IMG/VR virus record: IMGVR_UViG_3300025128_000015
Coordinates: 64,001-128,000 of that record
Direction: 5' to 3' (one strand)
DNA length: 64,000 nt
Source: a virus
Shown here piece after piece: positions 18,496-27,759 of the stretch. Under the pieces are notes generated by a model that was not told the DNA's origin, did not search any database, and saw nothing but the letters and a program-made list of their open reading frames with translations. Position numbers and translations under genes: made by a program. The first letter of the stretch is position 1; every line of letters begins with the position of its first letter.

Positions 18496-19980
18496 ATGGA
18501 TAAGAAAGTAATAGATAGATTATATGAACTATACGAACCAAAAGAAAGTATAACGTTCGATTCACTTTTGAATATGATAACAGAACAGATGTCTAATATT
18601 CAATTTCTTAGAGAAGACGAAGCTAGTACCTCTGTGTTTGATCAAGAAGAAATAAACATCAGTTTGCCGACGATTCGAATTACAGAAGATTTTGGAAAGG
18701 TGGGCACCAAGGACCGTGCAATGATCGAAAAGTTCGCCAGAAATATTGCCGGCAACACTTTAGAAGAAAAGTTGGCTAACTTAAATTCTGTTTTGACAGA
18801 GAAGAAAGAAGGCGCAACAGTGGGAGAGATTCTCTCAACAATGGTGATGGCTGAAATGTTGTATGCTATCCTAACGTCGTTTACTGAATCAGCGGGTGGA
18901 TTTATTTTTGAAGGCTTTCTTGCCGGATTGTTCGGAGATAAATCTGTTCAAATCACAACCCCCGAGGACATTCCGGGCATGGACGCAAAAGGGAAGCCAA
19001 TTACTGACGTTGTACTAAATGACAAGCATTATTCCTTGAAGCTTCTCGGTCAAACGACTGGTGTAAAGGGCTCGTTCAACAACATGGTGGAGCACTTTAA
19101 AGCTGTCCCCCATGTTATTTATTTAGATGCACGCCGCATAAACAAAGATCAGGGACTTCAGTTCGGAGAGTTCACTATTACGCTAGAAGGATTCTTGGAT
19201 ATATTTGTAACTCCGTTTTTAAAAACCGTATGGAGGCAAGAAGCCGATAATTTCGAAGATGCTGCGGCCTTTCAGCAAAAGATATATGAGTTGAAAAACT
19301 CGAATGTTGGTGTAAAACGAATTGCTTTTGGAAGGAAAGGCTTTTCGGAGCAAAATCCAAATTGGGCTATATTTGACTTCTCTCCGAAGGCAGGAATGTT
19401 ACAAGAGGGCAAGATCAGCCCAGAGGCAATGTCTCAGCTGATGGATCAGATTATCGGCGCCAATCCGGAGGAGTTGCAAAACTTTGCGAACTTCGCAGTA
19501 ATTTATGCTGAGAGTAAATTTGAGGGAACAAAAGCAGAAAAGCTCTTTGGCTCATACGGACTAGTCGACGAGATTAGAGAGGCGATAAATGATAAGAATC
19601 GAGCGGAAATTCTGAGGCTATTGGAGCTAACGCCAGGATACAAAGACCCGCAGCAATTCGAATTCACCAGAGACCAAGCAGAATCTATTGGTAATTTTAG
19701 AGAGGTGGGTACCTTGATGATCGGTGAACGGTACATGAAAGCAACGTGGGCAAGCTACGCAGACTTACTAAAAGAAACTATTGGACCCGTCTATCGTCAA
19801 TTACAAGCGTTTACAGATAACGTTAATAATTACTTCTTGGGTGTGACCGAAGAAGAAGACCAACAAGGCAGATCTGTATACGCACAAGATGCAATAGATG
19901 ATGCTCAAAAATTACAAGTGGTTACAACTAACGCTGTGGACAAGCTTGAAACCACCGAGCAAACAAAACCATCCGTTTAA
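18496..19980 (+). CDS. Hypothetical protein with a possible PD-(D/E)xK nuclease-like core
   Basis: FIFEGFLAGLF...ITDVVLNDKHYSLK; preceded by ACTAATTAT. Confidence 0.45.
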   Translation: MDKKVIDRLYELYEPKESITFDSLLNMITEQMSNIQFLREDEASTSVFDQEEINISLPTIRITEDFGKVGTKDRAMIEKFARNIAGNTLEEKLANLNSVLTEKKEGATVGEILSTMVMAEMLYAILTSFTESAGGFIFEGFLAGLFGDKSVQITTPEDIPGMDAKGKPITDVVLNDKHYSLKLLGQTTGVKGSFNNMVEHFKAVPHVIYLDARRINKDQGLQFGEFTITLEGFLDIFVTPFLKTVWRQEADNFEDAAAFQQKIYELKNSNVGVKRIAFGRKGFSEQNPNWAIFDFSPKAGMLQEGKISPEAMSQLMDQIIGANPEELQNFANFAVIYAESKFEGTKAEKLFGSYGLVDEIREAINDKNRAEILRLLELTPGYKDPQQFEFTRDQAESIGNFREVGTLMIGERYMKATWASYADLLKETIGPVYRQLQAFTDNVNNYFLGVTEEEDQQGRSVYAQDAIDDAQKLQVVTTNAVDKLETTEQTKPSV

Positions 19981-19997
19981 TTTATTTAACTTTTCCG

Positions 19998-20025
19998 TTG
20001 ACTTAGGTATAATGGTTACTATTGT
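19998..20025 (+). promoter_or_regulatory. Sigma70-type promoter (groEL)
   Basis: TTGACT-N16-TATTGT. Confidence 0.6.
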
Positions 20026-20051
20026 TACGTATATAACTACAAGGAGTTACC

Positions 20052-21632
20052 ATGGTTAAGAGTTATTCGCAAGGAAAAGACTTACGCGAAAAGATTCTCC
20101 GAGGCGCCAGTGTCCTGGCTGATAACGTTGCCTCGACATTAGGTCCCAAAGGACGAAACGTTATCTTACACAAAGAAGGCGCAAGCCCAATGATCACTAA
20201 AGACGGCGTAACAGTTGCAAAGTTTGTTAAACTGGAAGATCCGTTTGAAAACTTAGGTGCTCAAATTATCAAGCAGGCTGCGTCTAATACAAATAGCACA
20301 GCCGGCGACGGTACTACGACGTCGACTGTACTAGCCCGAGAAATGCTCTCTAAGGCACAGAAGTACATCGCTGCAGGTGCTAATCCAATTGATATCAAGA
20401 GAGGCATGGACAAAGCCACAGAGGCTATTGTAACAGAGTTAGAGAGACTAGCCAAGCCAATTAAATCAGAGGAAGATGTGCGACACATTGCAACAATCTC
20501 AGCCAATGGCGACACTAGTATCGGTGAGATGATTGCCATGGCCGTTGATAAGATTGGAAAAGATGGAGCCATATCAATTGAAGAGGGTCGATCGATGAAG
20601 ACGTCTTTGGATATTGTCGAGGGCTTTAGATTTGATGCTGGATATTGTGCACAAGCTTTCGTAACAAACAAGCGAAAGCAATCCATCAACTACGATGATG
20701 TTCTATTGCTGGTTACGAACTACAAGATTGAAATGCTTGAGGAAATTTTGCCTATACTTGAAGTAGTTGCAAGAGAAGGTCGACCATTCATAATTGTATC
20801 AGAAGAGTTAGAAGGACAAGCATTAGCTGCCCTTATCATGAATACCGTCAGAGGTACAATGAAGGTTGCAGCAATCAAAGCTCCAAGATACGGACAAGAG
20901 CGCAGGAGTATTCTAGAAGACTTGTGTATTTCTACAGGCGCCACCTTTGTCAGCAGGGATTCTGGACTCAAGCTATCAGATGTAAAACTTAAACATCTGG
21001 GTAGTGCTAAAAAGATTGAAGTGCTTAAGAATCAAACAACAATTGTGGATGGAAAAGCAGATTGGTCAAAGGTTGACGAAAGAATCGAAAGCCTTAAGTC
21101 TGAGATTAAACAGACAGATGGTATAGCAGAGTGTGAAAAACTTCAAGAGCGAATCACAAGACTTTCTTCTGGTGTTGCTGTAATTCGTGTTGGTGCACCA
21201 ACTGAGATTGAGATGGTTGAAAAGAAACATCGGATTGAAGATGCTTTGGAAGCAGTTAGGTCAGCACAGTTAGAGGGCACACTCCCTGGCGGAGGGACTA
21301 GCCTTATCCGAGCAGTTCAAGACTTAGAAGTTGAGACAGGTAACGATGATCAGCGTCTTGGCGTCGAGGTTATAAGACAATCAGCTTACGGCCCATTGAA
21401 ACAAATGTCAAAGAATGCCGGAGAGTCGTATGATTTGATTCTGAACAAGTTGTTAGATAGTCCGAACACACACGGCTGGAACTTTGCTACTAATGAAGTG
21501 GTAAACATGTATGAGAATGGTATCATTGATCCTGCTAAGGTAACCAGGACAGCTTTGCAAAATGCTACTTCTGTCTCATCGACTTTGATCACAACTAATC
21601 ATGCAATCGTGGAGGCCACAATTGAGAGTTAA
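20052..21632 (+). CDS. groEL: Chaperonin GroEL
   Basis: GPKGRNV, TKDGVTVAK, GDGTTT, GGGT, GIIDPAKVTR; no GGM tail. Confidence 0.95.
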   Translation: MVKSYSQGKDLREKILRGASVLADNVASTLGPKGRNVILHKEGASPMITKDGVTVAKFVKLEDPFENLGAQIIKQAASNTNSTAGDGTTTSTVLAREMLSKAQKYIAAGANPIDIKRGMDKATEAIVTELERLAKPIKSEEDVRHIATISANGDTSIGEMIAMAVDKIGKDGAISIEEGRSMKTSLDIVEGFRFDAGYCAQAFVTNKRKQSINYDDVLLLVTNYKIEMLEEILPILEVVAREGRPFIIVSEELEGQALAALIMNTVRGTMKVAAIKAPRYGQERRSILEDLCISTGATFVSRDSGLKLSDVKLKHLGSAKKIEVLKNQTTIVDGKADWSKVDERIESLKSEIKQTDGIAECEKLQERITRLSSGVAVIRVGAPTEIEMVEKKHRIEDALEAVRSAQLEGTLPGGGTSLIRAVQDLEVETGNDDQRLGVEVIRQSAYGPLKQMSKNAGESYDLILNKLLDSPNTHGWNFATNEVVNMYENGIIDPAKVTRTALQNATSVSSTLITTNHAIVEATIES

Positions 21633-21957
21633 GATTAGTTATTCTGTCGCGCTGGACGAGATACCTGATAAAGCTAGGCAGTTGTTATATGATGTAGAGA
21701 AGAGTCTTCTATCTTCTTCTGAATGCATTCCAGAGTTTGAAGAGAGAGACTTATACGGAGATAGATACGGTGCATTCAAAGATAAGATTGACAAGACTAG
21801 GCGAAAGCTTTTCGTCGCTGATTCTAAACTACAAGATATTGTAACAATATTAGATGACTGGAAAAGAGCATCTTTAGCATTGGAAGTGGAGAAGTTTGAG
21901 TCACCTGCCATGGCAGCAGAAGGAGCAGAGAATGTTGAAATCAGCGATCAAGGGTGA
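21622..21957 (+). CDS. Hypothetical protein
   Basis: GGAGG then TTG at 21622; helical/coiled-coil content. Confidence 0.55.
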   Translation: MRVKISYSVALDEIPDKARQLLYDVEKSLLSSSECIPEFEERDLYGDRYGAFKDKIDKTRRKLFVADSKLQDIVTILDDWKRASLALEVEKFESPAMAAEGAENVEISDQG

Positions 21958-22171
21958 CCTTGTATATATACCCTCGCAAGTAACACTTTATAGATACTTC
22001 AGCACTTCAAGAGGGATGCAGGTGAGAGACTTTTGTAAGTTAGACTCTCCAAAACTGTTCTTGGTTGTTGAGTCTGTTCGAAATGAAAGAGAGATTGGTG
22101 TGCACCACGACGGAGACACCTGGTACGTTAAGCAGGCTGATATAATTTTAGAGGAAAGGGGTGCAAAATGA
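21932..22171 (+). CDS. Small beta-rich protein (KOW-like GDLV motif)
   Basis: MLKSAIKGDLVYIP; AGGAG upstream. Confidence 0.55.
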   Translation: MLKSAIKGDLVYIPSQVTLYRYFSTSRGMQVRDFCKLDSPKLFLVVESVRNEREIGVHHDGDTWYVKQADIILEERGAK

Positions 22172-22434
22172 TAATGCTAACAGAAGTTTACAAAAAAGGA
22201 TCTAAAATGCTTAACGAAAGTGAGTTTTCTTTGAGAGAGATCTTAGTAAATCCTAATAATGTGTTGATAATAAGAGAAGATGACAAGATTGAAAGTGATT
22301 TCAAGACCGGTCGACTTCCTGCTGGGTTGGATGAGAGACAAAAATTTACTAAAATACATTTAAGTTCATTAAATAATCACTCCATAACCGTGGTGGGAGA
22401 CATGATTTCAATTTGTAAGCGACTAGTGGGGTAA
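22168..22434 (+). CDS. Hypothetical protein
   Basis: ATGA-coupled to the upstream ORF; 88 aa. Confidence 0.6.
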   Translation: MIMLTEVYKKGSKMLNESEFSLREILVNPNNVLIIREDDKIESDFKTGRLPAGLDERQKFTKIHLSSLNNHSITVVGDMISICKRLVG

Positions 22435-22437
22435 CAC

Positions 22438-22674
22438 ATGGAAAAATATGTTCTTTTTATTATAGATGAATGTTCTTTCTGTTCAGAGGCGGTGCTTCTG
22501 TTAGAAGAAAAATCAAAAGATTATAAGATTGTCGATATTACTGATGACCTCAACGCCCGCGCCCAAATTAAGATGGCTTTCGGTTGGCCAACTTTTCCTA
22601 TTGTTTTAACAAGAAATGAAATGAAACTAAAACTTGTCGGCGGATACACGGATCTAAAAGAGGTCATCCGATAA
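22438..22674 (+). CDS. Glutaredoxin
   Basis: CSFC, WPTFPIV, GGYTDL. Confidence 0.85.
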   Translation: MEKYVLFIIDECSFCSEAVLLLEEKSKDYKIVDITDDLNARAQIKMAFGWPTFPIVLTRNEMKLKLVGGYTDLKEVIR

Positions 22675-22675
22675 A

Positions 22676-23020
22676 ATGAAGCAAGATGAAACCTATTATT
22701 CAATGCCTAGAAAGAAAGTTTTAGATTATGTGACCAATGCACGCAAAGAAATTACTCTTTGTAGAGAATTAATAAGACAATATTTGAAGAACATAGGTGA
22801 AGATAGATGGTTAATAACCTCTCTATGTGATTTATATTCAGCTAACTACAAAATGTTGAGTGAACTATCTTTAATGTTAGAATACGGCTCTGATAAAGAA
22901 AATGATGTTGTATTGATGACAAAAGAGGATGTATCGATTATTGAAACCATTATTATTGCAAAACATTACTCTGCAAGAGAATTAAATATGAGAGGAAATT
23001 TGTCAATTTCATTACATTGA
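22676..23020 (+). CDS. Hypothetical protein
   Basis: 114-aa ORF in operon context. Confidence 0.55.
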   Translation: MKQDETYYSMPRKKVLDYVTNARKEITLCRELIRQYLKNIGEDRWLITSLCDLYSANYKMLSELSLMLEYGSDKENDVVLMTKEDVSIIETIIIAKHYSARELNMRGNLSISLH

Positions 23021-23179
23021 TTTGAGGTTTTAAAAATTGCAGTTAAATAAAATTTCATATTTTAACTAAATTATTGAAAATTTTAAGAAAAACTGGTACT
23101 TTATAAAAATAATTTTATATTTATTATGTGGGTGTAAAAAATTTTACACACCGTTCTTTCATTTGGGTGGAGGGGTTGA

Positions 23180-23836
23180 ATGCCTGTCTTGCGAAAAGCT
23201 AATTATATGCTTGTTTTCGGTGCGTGTAACTTGTTCGTATATTTTCTTATACAGGGTTATGTGTCGAATGAGTATAATTTTTTGACACCCTTTGATACAG
23301 CTTTTCCATTTATGCCAGAATTCGTTTGGATTTATCAGAGTCTTCTGCCGGTGATCGCCTTGACAATGGTTCTTTTGGTTAAATCCAAACGACTCTTTTT
23401 CAATACTTTTTGGTCATGTCTGGTCGCCACAGTTGTGATTCATCTCTTTTGGCTTTTGTTTCCGTCTTTCTATCCACGGCCAGAAATAGATCCAGTAACT
23501 TTGTCTGAAGCTTTTGTGCAGTTATCATATGAGATAGATAATTCATCTAATACTTTCCCATCAGGACATGTGGCCTTTTCTTGGATTATGTATTTGGGAG
23601 CGAGGAAGAGCGAATTAGCTAAAAAGACTTCTGGTTTGTCTAATTTATATCTTTTGTGGGCCCTCGGCGTGTCACTTTCAACTTTGGCGATCAAAATGCA
23701 TTATGTTATCGACGTGATCGGCGGATTAGCAATAGCTAGCTTTTGTTTCTATCTAGTAGGCTGGGCGATAAGAAGATTTAATTGGTATCCCCCCGAAGAT
23801 ACTAGTTATAGATATGAAGGCATACAAAATAACTGA
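23180..23836 (+). CDS. PAP2-family membrane phosphatase/phosphotransferase
   Basis: Multiple transmembrane segments; YPRP, NTFPSGH, MHYVID. Confidence 0.85.
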   Translation: MPVLRKANYMLVFGACNLFVYFLIQGYVSNEYNFLTPFDTAFPFMPEFVWIYQSLLPVIALTMVLLVKSKRLFFNTFWSCLVATVVIHLFWLLFPSFYPRPEIDPVTLSEAFVQLSYEIDNSSNTFPSGHVAFSWIMYLGARKSELAKKTSGLSNLYLLWALGVSLSTLAIKMHYVIDVIGGLAIASFCFYLVGWAIRRFNWYPPEDTSYRYEGIQNN

Positions 23837-24311
23837 TGACGAGAAGATATTAAAAACTCCGTGTAAACCCTGTCGCACAATCGAAGAGGGCGAACAAGTT
23901 GTCGCCATTTTGAAAGAGGTCTTGGGACAGAGCAAGGACGGCGTAGGACTAGCTGCGAATCAAATAGGCATACACAAAAGCGTCTGTCTGATTAACGTAA
24001 AGAAACCTATTGCCCTAATCAATCCTAAAATAGTTGCTAAGTTTGACAAATTCACGTACAAAGAGGGTTGTCTATCCTATCCGGGTGATTATGTTTTAAC
24101 TGAGAGGTTTAAAAATATTGTGGTGAAGGCAGATAATCATAAAAACTTGTTGAAATTTTCTTGCAACACACCCGAGGATACACTGGAGTGTGCTTGTATA
24201 CAGCACGAGATTGACCACCTAAACGGCATCACTATGCACGACCGAACCCCAACTCTGGCTATGCCAAAAGCAGCAGACTTGTTGATAAAGGGAATTAAAG
24301 ATGGCAAATAA
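23814..24311 (+). CDS. def: Peptide deformylase
   Basis: GVGLAANQIG, EGCLS, QHEIDHLNG. Confidence 0.92.
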   Translation: MKAYKITDDEKILKTPCKPCRTIEEGEQVVAILKEVLGQSKDGVGLAANQIGIHKSVCLINVKKPIALINPKIVAKFDKFTYKEGCLSYPGDYVLTERFKNIVVKADNHKNLLKFSCNTPEDTLECACIQHEIDHLNGITMHDRTPTLAMPKAADLLIKGIKDGK

Positions 24312-24480
24312 CTACATCGAGGACAAAGATGATGAGTATGAGTACGCATATTTGAGAGTTTCTTTGCAATCTCAAGACGAGGAATACGCCCTCTATAAGA
24401 GGTGGGTCCAGAGCCAGATTGAAATAGAAAACGATGCAGAGCCAGAAGAAGAGGGAGTGATTATTATTGATATGGCATAG
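24301..24480 (+). CDS. Small acidic hypothetical protein
   Basis: Read manually: MANNYIEDKDDE...IIIDMA; overlaps the end of def. Confidence 0.5.
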   Translation: MANNYIEDKDDEYEYAYLRVSLQSQDEEYALYKRWVQSQIEIENDAEPEEEGVIIIDMA

Positions 24481-24488
24481 TTACTTAT

Positions 24489-24734
24489 ATGAAGCAAATC
24501 ACCATAGTCGTTTCTAGATTAAGATTGGTTGTGGTTTGTTTGCTGTTAGGTTTTATAATTCTAGTTAGCCTTTTTACTCCAAAAAACGAAGAGTCAGAAA
24601 AGATGATAGTTGAATATAATGACACCGACACCTGCGAAATTCTATTGTGGAATGATGACAGACTTGTCGCACGCCTATACTCTAATGATTACAAAGACTG
24701 TAAGTTTTATTTAATAAAAAACTCGTCCCATTAG
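24489..24734 (+). CDS. Membrane-anchored hypothetical protein
   Basis: N-terminal transmembrane segment. Confidence 0.5.
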   Translation: MKQITIVVSRLRLVVVCLLLGFIILVSLFTPKNEESEKMIVEYNDTDTCEILLWNDDRLVARLYSNDYKDCKFYLIKNSSH

Positions 24735-24779
24735 GATTACTGCTACTATTTAAAAGTGGGCATAGGGAGGTTATTTTAG

Positions 24780-25103
24780 ATGGCTGGTGACAATGGTTGG
24801 AGTGAATATTCAAAGCTTGTTTTAAAAGAGCTTGAAACTCTATCTAGGGGCATTGCTGGATTAAATGAAGAGATTCAGGCACTTAAGAGTGATATAACAG
24901 AACTACGGTCCCGAGAAGATAAAGTTGAAGAGCTTCGCGCCTGGAAACAACGCTGTGATGAGATAGCGTCCCCTACTCAAATGAGAGCCTGGATCCGCGA
25001 AGTTGAAAGGTTAAAAACTTTCAAGACAAAATCAGTTACCATCTTCCTCGTTGTTCAAGGACTCATGACCGGAGCGTTAGCATTAAGTAACTTTTTCAAC
25101 TAG
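24780..25103 (+). CDS. Coiled-coil protein with C-terminal transmembrane segment (holin-like architecture)
   Basis: Heptad-rich body and a single C-terminal hydrophobic helix. Confidence 0.5.
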   Translation: MAGDNGWSEYSKLVLKELETLSRGIAGLNEEIQALKSDITELRSREDKVEELRAWKQRCDEIASPTQMRAWIREVERLKTFKTKSVTIFLVVQGLMTGALALSNFFN

Positions 25104-25128
25104 ACAGTTGAACATTTGTTCTTATAAT
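25101..25128 (+). promoter_or_regulatory. Sigma70-type promoter (purA)
   Basis: TAGACA-N16-TATAAT. Confidence 0.6.
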
Positions 25129-25150
25129 TTTGGTAGACAAAGGAGTCATT

Positions 25151-26152
25151 ATGCTAGCCGATATTGTAGTCGGCGTGCAGGCCGGTGACGAAGCAAAAGG
25201 CAAGGTTACTCATCACTTGTGTAAGAGTGGTGATTATACGCATGTCTTAAGGTTCAATGGTGGCTGCAACGCTGGGCATACTATTTACCATGAAGGTAAA
25301 AAATTTGTAACACACCACATACCTGCTGGAGTATTCTATGGAATAAAATCAGTTATTGGTTCAGGTTGTGTTGTTAATGTAAACCAGTTCTTTAAAGAAT
25401 TGGAAGAACTCAAAGAGGGAGGAATAAACGTTGATGGAAAAATCTCTATTGCTGGAAACGCTCACGTCATTACTGACGAACATCTTGAACAAGATGGCAG
25501 AGATACTAGCATCGGTACAACAAAGCGCGGAAACGGCCCTGCTTATCGCGACAAGTATGATCGCAAAGGTAAGTTAGCTTCGCAGGTGCCAGAATTGCAG
25601 CATTATTTAGTTGATCTTTATGATGAGTTGCATAATAACGGCAGTGTAAAAGTATTATGCGAAGGCGCCCAAGGATTTGAACTAGACATTGATTGGGGTG
25701 ATTATCCATATGTAACTTCTAGTCATTGCACCTCTGCTTCAGCTTTATTAAATGGAGTTCCGTTTAATTGGGTTAGGGATGTGTGGGGAGTCGCAAAAAT
25801 ATATGAAACATATGTTGGAGCTAAAAAGTTTGAACCAGACGGATCAGAGTTTCCGCTTTTGCGAAAATATGGAGAAGAGTTTGGTGCTACAACTGGACGA
25901 CCAAGACAATGTAATTGGCTTAATTTAGATAGGCTCATTAAATCCGTAAAGGTAAACGGAGTCACCAGGTTGGTGATAAATAAAATGGATGTAATGAGAC
26001 AATTGGGAAGGTGGACACTAATTAGTGATGGGAAAGAGGTTAATTTTAAAACAGAAAACGACTTAAAAATGTTTTTACGACAAAAACTCTCCGGACCCGA
26101 TATTACTAATCCGGCTTTATTGTATTTTTCAGACAATAAGCACTCAATTTAG
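25151..26152 (+). CDS. purA: Adenylosuccinate synthetase (short form)
   Basis: GDEAKGK, NAGHT, GTTKRG, EGAQG, GATTGRPR, NKMD. Confidence 0.9.
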   Translation: MLADIVVGVQAGDEAKGKVTHHLCKSGDYTHVLRFNGGCNAGHTIYHEGKKFVTHHIPAGVFYGIKSVIGSGCVVNVNQFFKELEELKEGGINVDGKISIAGNAHVITDEHLEQDGRDTSIGTTKRGNGPAYRDKYDRKGKLASQVPELQHYLVDLYDELHNNGSVKVLCEGAQGFELDIDWGDYPYVTSSHCTSASALLNGVPFNWVRDVWGVAKIYETYVGAKKFEPDGSEFPLLRKYGEEFGATTGRPRQCNWLNLDRLIKSVKVNGVTRLVINKMDVMRQLGRWTLISDGKEVNFKTENDLKMFLRQKLSGPDITNPALLYFSDNKHSI

Positions 26153-26163
26153 GAAAACAAGAT

Positions 26164-26325
26164 ATGAAAGTGGTAATTCCTGACCCAACTGAGAGCGTTC
26201 TTAGAAAAGTTCTAAAGGAACTTTACCTCTTAAAAATAGGGCTAAAAAACGAAAACTATGAAAGTTGTGCAAAAAAGATTGATTCCATACGTGCAATGGT
26301 TCAGGAAATAATTAACACAAAGTAG
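26164..26325 (+). CDS. Small hypothetical protein
   Basis: Read manually: MKVVIPDP...IINTK. Confidence 0.45.
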   Translation: MKVVIPDPTESVLRKVLKELYLLKIGLKNENYESCAKKIDSIRAMVQEIINTK

Positions 26326-26353
26326 TTGACTGTTGTATAATGGTTCTTATATT
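26326..26353 (+). promoter_or_regulatory. Sigma70-type promoter (tRNA cluster)
   Basis: TTGACT-N16-TATATT. Confidence 0.7.
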
Positions 26354-26369
26354 ACTTTTAAACCAAAAT

Positions 26370-26446
<77 letters not shown>

Positions 26447-26466
26447 TAAACTATAAGGAGAAAAAA

Positions 26467-26637
26467 ATGGCTGATGGAAGAGTTACAACTAAACAGTTGC
26501 AGGAACAATTAAATACAGTGTCGAGCCGTCTTAGTAAGATGGTTGACGATATGTATGTTCTAAAAGAGGAGTTAGGTCGCTTTAAAGCTGCCGTGGCTCA
26601 GGATCTTACTAAAGTTATTAAGAAGATTAATGACTAA
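26467..26637 (+). CDS. Small coiled-coil protein between tRNAs
   Basis: AAGGAG RBS; MADGRVTTKQLQEQL... Confidence 0.55.
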   Translation: MADGRVTTKQLQEQLNTVSSRLSKMVDDMYVLKEELGRFKAAVAQDLTKVIKKIND

Positions 26638-26642
26638 AGATC

Positions 26643-26718
26643 GGGCTCATAGCTCAGTGGTTAGAGCTGCCGGCTCATAACCGGTAGGTCCCTGGTTCAA
26701 ATCCAGGTGAGCCCACCA
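26643..26718 (+). tRNA. tRNA with CAT anticodon, probably Ile2 (elongator Met not excluded), CCA encoded
   Basis: G1-C72 paired, so not initiator; C4:G69 and C29:G41; arm GCCGG-CTCATAA-CCGGT. Confidence 0.9.
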
Positions 26719-26723
26719 AAACC

Positions 26724-26796
26724 GCTAATGTAGCTCAATTGGTAGAGCAGCTGATTTGTAATCAGCAGGCTGTAGGTTCAAGTCCTATCATTAGCT
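26724..26796 (+). tRNA. tRNA-Thr(TGT), no CCA
   Basis: GCTGA-TTTGTAA-TCAGC; GCTAATG/CATTAGC acceptor. Confidence 0.92.
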
Positions 26797-26820
26797 TACA
26801 CACATATAAAAAGGATAAAG

Positions 26821-27456
26821 ATGATTTCAACTAATTGGATATCTGAAGTAGATTCAGATGAGCAGCCGCAAGCACTAGCAATGGCGGCCGAGGAAGCAGG
26901 GAGTGCATCCGATAAAGACCAAGTTTTGCAGGTTAATAACAGGATATATTTTTATTCTGAAGTAAAAAGAGCTAAAATTCTTACTTTAAACAAGACTTTA
27001 AAGAACTTGGAAATTAATTTGGCCAATCGTGCCGGCACTTTACAGACGACACACATCGGAGATATATATCTTTACATTAATTCTTATGGGGGTAGTGTGT
27101 TTGCAGGGCTCTCTGCTGTTGATTATATTAAAAACTCAGAAGTTCCCGTAACAACAATTATCGATGGCTGCGCTGCTTCAGCAGCCACGATGATGAGTGT
27201 CGTTGGATCACACAGATTGATGAACGAGTATGCCTTTATGCTTATTCATCAGTTATCTGCTGGTAGTTGGGGAAAATATGAAGAATTGAAAGACAACATG
27301 TCAAATAACGACTTGTTGATGAAAACTATCAAAGACATCTACACCAAGCATACGAAGATACCTGCTAAAGAATTATCGAAAATACTGAAGCATGATTTGT
27401 GGTGGGATGCCAAGACGTGTTTGAAGTACGGGTTGGTCGATGAGATCATAACCTAG
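26821..27456 (+). CDS. clpP: ClpP-family protease, paralog 2
   Basis: NSYGGS, AASAA, LIHQ, HDLWWDAKTCLKYGLVD. Confidence 0.85.
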   Translation: MISTNWISEVDSDEQPQALAMAAEEAGSASDKDQVLQVNNRIYFYSEVKRAKILTLNKTLKNLEINLANRAGTLQTTHIGDIYLYINSYGGSVFAGLSAVDYIKNSEVPVTTIIDGCAASAATMMSVVGSHRLMNEYAFMLIHQLSAGSWGKYEELKDNMSNNDLLMKTIKDIYTKHTKIPAKELSKILKHDLWWDAKTCLKYGLVDEIIT

Positions 27457-27540
27457 CCGAAGTGGTGGAATTGGTATACACAACAGACTTAAAATCTGTC
27501 GCTCTTTGTGGGCTTGCGGGTTCGAGTCCCGCCTTCGGTA
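27456..27540 (+). tRNA. tRNA-Leu(TAA), no CCA
   Basis: ACAGA-CTTAAAA-TCTGT; long variable arm; first G shared with the clpP TAG stop. Confidence 0.92.
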
Positions 27541-27547
27541 TTTTCTC

Positions 27548-27575
27548 TTGACCTTTGGTCATCGGTGCTTACTTT
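27548..27575 (+). promoter_or_regulatory. Sigma70-type promoter
   Basis: TTGACC-N16-TACTTT with GTGCT before the -10. Confidence 0.6.
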
Positions 27576-27610
27576 ATTAATAAGAAAAGAAACTACCAAA
27601 AAGAGGCTAC

Positions 27611-27751
27611 ATGTTAGATCACTTATTTAATTTAGTTTTAGCTTCTTCACAAAGTGAAGAGCTTTATAGGTTGGGCTGTTATGCCAGTGATACTTTTGCT
27701 GGGTATACAACAAATGGAAAATTTATTTTTTACGCAATGTGTGTTGCATAG
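27611..27751 (+). CDS. Small hypothetical protein
   Basis: GAGG RBS; MLDHLFNLV...MCVA. Confidence 0.4.
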   Translation: MLDHLFNLVLASSQSEELYRLGCYASDTFAGYTTNGKFIFYAMCVA

Positions 27752-27759
27752 GAGAATAC

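Noticed and set aside
25151-26152. PurZ / diaminopurine (Z) genome system
   Set aside because: The enzyme keeps the PurA catalytic Asp (GDEAKG), the TTGRPR loop and a GTP-type NKMD; PurZ has Ser at that position. No DatZ or MazZ was recognised.
26643-26718. Initiator tRNA-fMet
   Set aside because: Positions 1-72 are paired and the anticodon stem lacks three consecutive G-C pairs.
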